NCBI GenBank assembly: GCA_044226015.1
Contig: JBGAHS010000001.1
Location: forward strand, 992,001 to 1,056,000
Source: Candidatus Obscuribacteraceae bacterium
Lineage (GTDB): Bacteria; Cyanobacteriota; Vampirovibrionia; Obscuribacterales; Obscuribacteraceae
Direction of reading: 5' to 3'
DNA: 64,000 nucleotides
The stretch's first letter is position 1; each line of letters starts with the position of its first letter. Below are positions 57,530 to 64,000 of this stretch, piece by piece. The translations under genes and the position numbers were made by a program. The notes under the pieces are model-generated. The model worked only from the letters and a program-made list of their open reading frames with translations, did no database searches and was not told where the DNA came from.

Positions 57530-60054
57530 GCACTTTAGCAACTCCGCACCTCTGGCAAGGGCACTGGCTCAGCGATGAAGAACTGGAAAATCGCCTGCCA
57601 AATCTAGCAGGTGATGTGCGTGTAGCACTTGCGTCTCCTTTTGAGGTTCGACACTTGCTTGATGCATGCGAACGTTTGAGCAAGCGCTTGCGCAAGAAAG
57701 ATGATGAGGTATATCTGGCTCTCGAGAAGCTGCTTTCCACCGGTTTTCGAATGGAAGAGGCTGAGCGCAGGAAGGAGTTAAAAGAGTTAGCTGACTTCTT
57801 GCGGCGAGCAGATCTCGAAGAAAAATTGGCTTGTGAGTTGGGCAAAGGTGACCCTTTCAATTTTGTTCGAGCTGATCAACGCGAGGACAATTTTGAACGC
57901 TGGAGCCCTCTAGGGTTCCTTGTTCATATTGCCCCAACAAATGCTTACAGTGCTGGTGCCTGGAGTATTCTGGAAGGTTTGTTGAGCGGAAACGTCAACT
58001 TTCTCAAGACTGGTGGCAGCGATGAAATATTTGCACAGTTGTTTTTGAAATATTTGACCGATGAAGACTTGTCTAACACGATTGCGCCTCGTATTTTTGC
58101 TTGCAGAATTTCTTCCCGTAACCAGAAAATGCTGACAGAGGTGCTTTCGCTCGCAGATGGCGTTGTCGTCTGGGGAGATGAAGGTGCAATTTCTGGTATC
58201 AAAGCTATTTCGCCGCCACATGCCCGGTTTATTGATTGGGGTCCCAAAATTTCGTTTGCTTATTTTGCAGAAGATTGCTTAGAAGATGAGGAGTCGATTG
58301 AAGGGCTGGCGTTCGAGTGTTGCCGCATGGAGCAGCAAGCGTGTTCGAGCCCTCAATGTGTTTATGTGGAAACAGAAGACCGCGCTATTCTTGCGAAGTT
58401 TGCGCAACGATTGGCATCTAGTTTGCAGCAACATTCGTTGCAAGTTCCAGTAAAATCACCTTCTGGGCAAGAGCAGGCTGAAATCACTTCGGTGGTTGAG
58501 CTATGCAGGCTGGAATCATGCCTTGGACTAACGGACTTAATAGAAGACCCAAATGGTGACTGGCGCATTTTAATTGATTATTCAAGCGTGATGAAGGCAT
58601 CTCCGCTCTATAGAACCATCTGGGTTAAACCAATGCTGCGTGGAAAAATCGTCGAGACGCTCAGTCCCTTCAGATTTTTTCTACAGACTGCTGGTCTTGC
58701 TGCAAAATTGAACTCGATTTCTGAGTTGAGTGAGTCGCTGATTCAAGCAGGTGTTTTGAGAATCACAAAATGCGGTGAGATGCTGGAAAGCTACAGTGGT
58801 GAACCGCATGATGGTGTATATGCGCTGCAGCGCTACTCAAAGAAAATAAGCATGCAGCGAGGTGCAGACCTGGCAGGAATTTCGACATTTGCAGATTTGA
58901 AATTGTCTCAATTCTCTCCGCCTTCCGCCCCAATTCTTAGTAAGGAAGGCTTTCAGGCTCATAAAGTTGAAGAAGAATACTCCCATCTGTTTTTCAAGAG
59001 TGGTGGAAGCACTGGAGAGCCAAAGCTGTCGATATTTAGTTATGATGATTACCATCACCAAATGCGAGCTGCTGCTTATGGACTTGTTGCTGCCGGGCTC
59101 GACGTGAAAGTCGATCGTTGTATGAATCTCTTCTTTGCTGGAGGTTTGTACGGCGGTTTTGTGAGCTTCTTCACGATTTTGGAAGAACTCGAAGCCATTC
59201 AGTATCCTATGGCTGGAATTAACGACCTTGAATTAGTTGCTAGAACAATCGTTTCCCAGAAATGCAATGTGCTTCTGGGCATGCCTTCTTACATCATTCA
59301 GCTGTTTACCAATAATGCTGAGCTGTTTCGTAAGAATCAAGTGGTGGAAAAGATTCTCTATGGTGGCGAGCACTTCAATGAAAGCCAACGAAGACATTTT
59401 CAGAGAGAGTTCGGAATAAAGACTATAAGATCTTCCGGCTATGGAAGTGTAGATGCTGGTCCGATTGGCTACCAGTGCACACACTGCACGGGCGCTGTTC
59501 ATCACCTTCACAGTCGGCTGCATATTATGGAACTGCTGGAACTTGATCGCGATGTGGCGGTCGAAGATAAAGAGCCCGGCAGGGTGGTTCTCACTTCACT
59601 CGCTCGCGCAGGGCAGAAAATCGAGCGATATGATATTGGTGATCTGGCAAGACGGCTAAGCGGAGATTGTGAATGTGGTCGTCGCTCACCCAGGTTTGAG
59701 TTGCTGGGAAGGCACGGTGATGTTTTCCGGATAGGCTCTGCGTTTTTCAATTATGGAAAGTTTGTACAGATAGCTGGCGAAGTGTTCGATTTTGCAGGCG
59801 AGCTGCAGATTGTGCTGCGACCTTCAAGTGGTAGCCGACAGGAAGAACTCGCACTTTATCTGTCCAATCACAGGGCTCATTCGACAGAGGAAATTAAAGC
59901 CGCCTTTCTTGATAATTATGCGGATTTGCATGAAATCGTAGTTCGAGAGAATCTTTTAGATTTGACAATTACTCATGTCGATACCGACTCTTTGAAGAGA
60001 ACCACAGGTAGTGGCAAGCTTCGAAGAATAATTGATGAGAGAGCAGGAGTTTGA
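57526..60054 (+). CDS. LuxC-like acyl-CoA/acyl-protein reductase fused to a PaaK-like (ANL) ligase domain
   Basis: PLGFLVHIAPTN, LLSGN, WGPKISF, EQQACSSPQ (Cys), HDG (LuxC); FKSGGSTGEPK, GGE, GYGSVDAG, RYDIGD, LLGR, GKLRRIID (ANL). Confidence 0.85.
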   Translation: MSTLATPHLWQGHWLSDEELENRLPNLAGDVRVALASPFEVRHLLDACERLSKRLRKKDDEVYLALEKLLSTGFRMEEAERRKELKELADFLRRADLEEKLACELGKGDPFNFVRADQREDNFERWSPLGFLVHIAPTNAYSAGAWSILEGLLSGNVNFLKTGGSDEIFAQLFLKYLTDEDLSNTIAPRIFACRISSRNQKMLTEVLSLADGVVVWGDEGAISGIKAISPPHARFIDWGPKISFAYFAEDCLEDEESIEGLAFECCRMEQQACSSPQCVYVETEDRAILAKFAQRLASSLQQHSLQVPVKSPSGQEQAEITSVVELCRLESCLGLTDLIEDPNGDWRILIDYSSVMKASPLYRTIWVKPMLRGKIVETLSPFRFFLQTAGLAAKLNSISELSESLIQAGVLRITKCGEMLESYSGEPHDGVYALQRYSKKISMQRGADLAGISTFADLKLSQFSPPSAPILSKEGFQAHKVEEEYSHLFFKSGGSTGEPKLSIFSYDDYHHQMRAAAYGLVAAGLDVKVDRCMNLFFAGGLYGGFVSFFTILEELEAIQYPMAGINDLELVARTIVSQKCNVLLGMPSYIIQLFTNNAELFRKNQVVEKILYGGEHFNESQRRHFQREFGIKTIRSSGYGSVDAGPIGYQCTHCTGAVHHLHSRLHIMELLELDRDVAVEDKEPGRVVLTSLARAGQKIERYDIGDLARRLSGDCECGRRSPRFELLGRHGDVFRIGSAFFNYGKFVQIAGEVFDFAGELQIVLRPSSGSRQEELALYLSNHRAHSTEEIKAAFLDNYADLHEIVVRENLLDLTITHVDTDSLKRTTGSGKLRRIIDERAGV

Positions 60055-60069
60055 TGGGACTAAAATCAG

Positions 60070-61344
60070 ATGAAGATATTTGATTGGAAAGAACTTGCTA
60101 AATTCGCTAAGCAGAATTCAGTTTATTATGGAAAGCTCTACTCGGGCATCAGTCATTTCGAGAAATTGAGCGATTTGCCAGTGGTTGATCAAGCCGAGTT
60201 TTGGGCTGCAAACACGAGTAAAAACAATCAAGTATTCACCTCGAAGCAGACGGATGGAATTGTCTTCAAGAGTGGAGGAACAACCGGCAATCCAAAGTTC
60301 TCCGTTTTCTCCAAAGAAGAGTGGGACCTATTTACGAGATTTTTTGGGGAAGGTATGAACAAGGGCGGTATGGTCGCAAGTGACCGCATTGCTAACCTAT
60401 TTTATGCTGGAGAATTATATGCTTCGTTCATTTTTATAATGAAGTGCATCGAATCGGCGCCGACACCGGCATTGCAATTTCCTATCAGTGGAAGCACCAA
60501 GCCGGAAATTATTTTGCAGACCGTAAGAGAATTTGATATCAATGTTCTTGCCGGACTGCCCACCACAATAATGAATGTAGCTGAATTCTATGCACATAAC
60601 CGGGAAGCCTTCCCCGAAGTTAAAGTGAGCAAGATTCTTTTTGGCGGTGAATCTATGTATCCCGACCAGCGCAGGCGACTGCAAGAATTGTTTCCCGGTG
60701 TTTCCATTCGCTCAATCGGATATGCCAGTGTTGATGCTGGTCTGCTTGGTTATTTTGATGATAGCTGTGAGGCGGATGAACACAGATGTTTTGGAACTGC
60801 CACAGTGCTTGAGATTGTGGATGACGATACCAACGAACCTATAACAGAGCCCAATAAGCCGGGCAAGGTCCTGTTGACGAGTCTGATCCGAGGATATATG
60901 CCGATAATTCGCTACCCTGTAGGCGATAGAGCAATATGGACGGAGGAAGCTTCGGAGTCAAATCTTGATCGCAAGTTTCTAATTCTTGGACGTTCTGAGG
61001 AAGCCGCAAGAGTGGGACCTGTTTCGGTTTACTATGAGGACATGCGTTCATTTTTGGATGGCTTAGAGCTGGATTTTCAAGTGACCGGATTTCAATTGCT
61101 GATTTCGCATTCCGAGTTGAAAGACAAGCTGACGGTGAGAATAGCATGTCCCGAGAAACCAGCTGACACCAAAATAATTGATCAATTCATCGCTGACTCG
61201 TTCGGTCGAGAGCGAAAAATGTTTGCTGAAGCCTCAGCAGATAACAAGATTCATCCGCTGCATATCGACTGGGTTGAGCCGTCTGCATTTGAAATCAATC
61301 CTAGAACAGGCAAGCTTCGCAGAGTAATAGACAATCGAAATTGA
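60070..61344 (+). CDS. Phenylacetate-CoA ligase (PaaK)-like ANL enzyme
   Basis: FKSGGTTGNPK, FGGE, GYASVDAG, PIIRYPVGD, ILGR, RTGKLRRVID. Confidence 0.88.
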   Translation: MKIFDWKELAKFAKQNSVYYGKLYSGISHFEKLSDLPVVDQAEFWAANTSKNNQVFTSKQTDGIVFKSGGTTGNPKFSVFSKEEWDLFTRFFGEGMNKGGMVASDRIANLFYAGELYASFIFIMKCIESAPTPALQFPISGSTKPEIILQTVREFDINVLAGLPTTIMNVAEFYAHNREAFPEVKVSKILFGGESMYPDQRRRLQELFPGVSIRSIGYASVDAGLLGYFDDSCEADEHRCFGTATVLEIVDDDTNEPITEPNKPGKVLLTSLIRGYMPIIRYPVGDRAIWTEEASESNLDRKFLILGRSEEAARVGPVSVYYEDMRSFLDGLELDFQVTGFQLLISHSELKDKLTVRIACPEKPADTKIIDQFIADSFGRERKMFAEASADNKIHPLHIDWVEPSAFEINPRTGKLRRVIDNRN

Positions 61345-61435
61345 GTCTAGCTTTCATAGCTATTGATCGCTTTATGACTTTTGAGCTTGCTGATTGGGAT
61401 TACCGATTTGTTCAATACCGGAGCCGACCTCTGGT

Positions 61436-62473
61436 TCAATCAAGAATTTTTTTCAGCCATAGCTTAAGCGTATCAACAGAGTCGAAGTCCAGTATGGATT
61501 CAACTAGCAATTCAAGTTTCGAAATCGAAAGTTGTTGTATTTGTGCCTCAACAACACTGTCAATTTTTCCGAATCGCTTGCTCAGGAGGCGCAAAAGCGT
61601 TTTTGCTGTGAGCTCACGGGCTTTCTCTAGTCCTTCCTGTCGACCTTCCTCGCGACCTTCCTCGCGACCTTCCTCGCGACCTTCCTCGCGACCTTCCTCG
61701 CGACCTTCCTCGCGACCTTCCTGTATAGCTTTCTCTCGTGCTATGCGCAAATCTTCCTGGTATGAAACGAGGCGACTAATTTCATCCCTTTGAACACGAA
61801 CTCGAGCTTTGTATCGCTCTCTTTCTAAATCGTCTTGACTCAGCATAACTAACTCTTCAAGTGCCTTCTTTATATGAGTATTGCATAGAGACTTTGGCAG
61901 ATGGCTGCTGTCTAAGTGGTCAGCATGGCGAAAAAAGTAGAGCCATGCGTCCAAACCATTGCTTATTTTCTCGGGCATTAGATTGAACTTGGGCAATTCC
62001 AACACCACTATTAATATATCAGAACTGAAAACAAAGCCGTTTTTTCGATTCCGAAGCTCAAAGGGCAGGCAATAATCTTCGGTTTCGGGAAAGAGAACAA
62101 AATCACAAAAGCATATGGAAATAGTTGGTCTTAGTTCATTGTATGGGTCTCCTGCGCGCAGCTGTTGCTGGTGCAATTCTGCCCAGTAGAAGAGTAGTCG
62201 TTCTTTTATTGGCCGCTCAAAAAGCAGCTGCATCTCCACATCAAATTGTCGCCCACTGCAATCACGAGCTTTCACATCGACAATTGAAAGCTTGTCGTCA
62301 ATGCTATCCTGTTCACTGAAAGGGTTCAGCAATTCAAGTGAAATTATCTCTTCCACCGCAAGAAGTGGTTTTAAAACAGCATTGAGCAAATCTATGAGTA
62401 AGGCTATATTTTGCTCTCTTCCGAAAAGCCATTTGAATGCCAGATCAATTTTGGGATCGATTCCAGGTTTCAT
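61436..62473 (-). CDS. Rpn family PD-(D/E)XK nuclease / putative transposase with EEGR repeats and a DUF4351-like tail
   Basis: DLAFKWLFG, IVDVKA, DVEMQ, RLLFYW, ELPKF, (EEGR)n, LLRLLSKRFG..LDF...L..WL; GGAGG before ATG 62473. Confidence 0.9.
   Translation of the reverse strand: MKPGIDPKIDLAFKWLFGREQNIALLIDLLNAVLKPLLAVEEIISLELLNPFSEQDSIDDKLSIVDVKARDCSGRQFDVEMQLLFERPIKERLLFYWAELHQQQLRAGDPYNELRPTISICFCDFVLFPETEDYCLPFELRNRKNGFVFSSDILIVVLELPKFNLMPEKISNGLDAWLYFFRHADHLDSSHLPKSLCNTHIKKALEELVMLSQDDLERERYKARVRVQRDEISRLVSYQEDLRIAREKAIQEGREEGREEGREEGREEGREEGREEGRQEGLEKARELTAKTLLRLLSKRFGKIDSVVEAQIQQLSISKLELLVESILDFDSVDTLKLWLKKILD
61641..61723. repeat. 12-bp perfect tandem repeat inside rpn
   Basis: CGACCTTCCTCG x6 plus a partial seventh copy; encodes REEG. 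Confidence 0.95.
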
Positions 62474-62912
62474 GGTTAATCCTCCAGAATTGTAAGAAAC
62501 TGCTGAGCTTGAGATCTTCTGCCAATTCTGAACTGATGTCCAATGAGGCATGGCACTGTATATGGTGCCAGTTCTCCCGGTACCTATCAAAATTGATAGA
62601 GCGCCAATAACTATTGGCAAATGAGATTTCGCAGGAGGTGAAAAACCGCTTCAACTCCGGCAAAGCATGTGCACGTATATACGTATGGTATCCGTGCGCG
62701 TGTTCAATTGCAATTCTTTTCAACCCAAATCTTTTAGCAATTTCTTTTGCGAAAGGTCTATCTTTTGACCTAGAGAAAAGAGCTGTTTCTATCTCTAAGT
62801 GAATCGGGTTTACTTCACTTTGAGATTAGATTTTTCCCTGATCGTCTGATAATGGCAAGCTGTTCGATGTACGTAATGTATATTCGATTGGTGGTACCAG
62901 TTATGGTGACTT

Positions 62913-64000
62913 GTGAAGCGTTCTTCCAGTAGCAAGAGAAACACAAATGCTGCGTCACACACTGTGCGAAAGAATCGGAGTGCTAATTCTGATTGCGCCA
63001 AAGCTACTGAACAGATTCAATACTTAAGTCCCAATGTCAGCAGTACCAATATATGTGTACCATTCTCTATAAATAGCTCTGACCTGAAACAAGGAGATTT
63101 TTCCATTGCTCTTGGAGGCTCAAGCAATTCTGGAATTGCGTTACCTCATACCGCTAGCCTCAATACTGACGCTACCATTCAGCAATCGCATTCACAGCAA
63201 TCTTTAGCTCAGTCGTTAGACAGGAAGACTTCGGAGGAAAATCAAAAGCCTCCCGCAAAAAGAGTTTCCGAAATTGAATTGGCCAGGCAAAAGTACATCC
63301 GTTTTTTGCAAAAGGAACGCGGTCTTTCGCTGAATACAAGTAATGCTTACAACAACGATATTTCTGCTTTTATTGCCTGGCTTGATTCCTCAAAAGTTGA
63401 AGTCAATCGCAATAGTTTGACCAAGTACTTGCAGTACTTGAAGGCGGAAGGAATGCAAGCTAGCACTCTTGCACGAAAGTTAGCCACCTTGCGAGGTTGG
63501 TTTGATTGGCAGAAGAGTAACCAACTGATTTCGAGTGACCCTAGCGATGGAATCATGAACCCTAAACTTGCGCGAAGGCTGCCGCAGGTTCTCAGCAATA
63601 ATGAAGTCACAAATATGATCGGCGCGGCTTCTACCCCACGCGAAAAGGTTATTGTTGAATTGCTTTATGGTGCCGGTCTTCGGGTTTCTGAATTGATTAC
63701 TCTGAGTTTGAATGATGTGAATTTATCTCACGGGTATGTTCGATGTTTAGGTAAAGGCAGCAAAGAAAGAATTGTGCCAATAGGTCGTGCAGCGATCGGG
63801 GCGATTAAAGAGTATCTTGACTCTGACGAGCGACTGAATCCAAAGGATGCGCCGCCGAGCACGAAAAAGAAGCGGGGGCGTCCTAAGAAAACTGTGAAAG
63901 ATATTGCCACTACTTCTGGTGGCAAGCGCAAAAAATTAGAGTACTCTGTCCCTTTGCTTGCTGACCGGCAGGGAAAAAATTTGAATCGACTTGTTGTCTG
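62913..64000 (+). CDS. xerD: XerD-type tyrosine recombinase; runs off the right edge
   Basis: Absent from the ORF track. Manual translation: FLQKERGLSLNTSNAY, STLARKLATLRGWF, RRLPQVLS, ELLYGAGLRVSEL, GKGSKERIVPIG. The frame is open from GTG 62913; start uncertain. Confidence 0.82.
   Translation, partial: MKRSSSSKRNTNAASHTVRKNRSANSDCAKATEQIQYLSPNVSSTNICVPFSINSSDLKQGDFSIALGGSSNSGIALPHTASLNTDATIQQSHSQQSLAQSLDRKTSEENQKPPAKRVSEIELARQKYIRFLQKERGLSLNTSNAYNNDISAFIAWLDSSKVEVNRNSLTKYLQYLKAEGMQASTLARKLATLRGWFDWQKSNQLISSDPSDGIMNPKLARRLPQVLSNNEVTNMIGAASTPREKVIVELLYGAGLRVSELITLSLNDVNLSHGYVRCLGKGSKERIVPIGRAAIGAIKEYLDSDERLNPKDAPPSTKKKRGRPKKTVKDIATTSGGKRKKLEYSVPLLADRQGKNLNRLVV

Noticed and set aside
56357..60054. 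Bioluminescence (lux) operon
   Set aside because: No luxA/luxB, luxD or luxG in the window; the neighbours are ligases, a GNAT and an MFS.
57526..61344. Phenylacetate catabolism (paaK)
   Set aside because: Family-level similarity only; no other paa genes nearby.
61341..61793. SSRP-repeat plus-strand ORF
   Set aside because: Antisense of the EEGR repeat in rpn.
61436..62620. IS element around the putative transposase, and the longer 394-aa start
   Set aside because: No terminal inverted repeats or target duplication seen; Rpn proteins are not established transposases; the RBS and family start favour 62473.
62913..64000. Prophage or ICE integrase
   Set aside because: Motifs fit chromosomal XerD; no phage or conjugation genes and no att/tRNA site seen.

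Overview
A bacterial chromosomal window of mid GC content. The gene styles (cyanobacteria-like SigG-type ECF sigma, CinA, YggT, SecDF, yceD-rpmF-plsX-fabH-fabD, no photosynthesis genes, many TPR and DG-repeat proteins) suggest a non-photosynthetic cyanobacterial relative such as Vampirovibrionia/Melainabacteria; this is inference only. Housekeeping genes (fab/pls cluster, secDF, queAG, cinA, folD, thiL, a xerD-type recombinase) are mixed with accessory loci. The strongest candidate for an undescribed system is a tightly coupled five-gene operon at 53955-61344: MFS exporter, GNAT, LuxE-like synthetase, LuxC-like reductase fused to a PaaK-like ligase, and a second PaaK-like ligase, with no luciferase or LuxD in the window. 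Other notable items: a split PfaA-like ACP plus ketosynthase pair sharing a gap-free 32-aa putative docking helix (4108-6908); a 1318-aa repeat protein with a C-terminal papain-like triad plus a small downstream partner; a stand-alone MshEN c-di-GMP receptor; an RsrR-like regulator with two visible operators; an apparently inactive Mrr-like nuclease; an Rpn nuclease with a possible internal antitoxin start; and a XerD-type recombinase with an AT-hook insert. Two edge-truncated genes (1-2521 minus, about 62913-64000 plus) are missing from the supplied ORF track. No rRNA, tRNA or CRISPR array was recognised. All family calls come from motifs recognised by eye, not from database searches.
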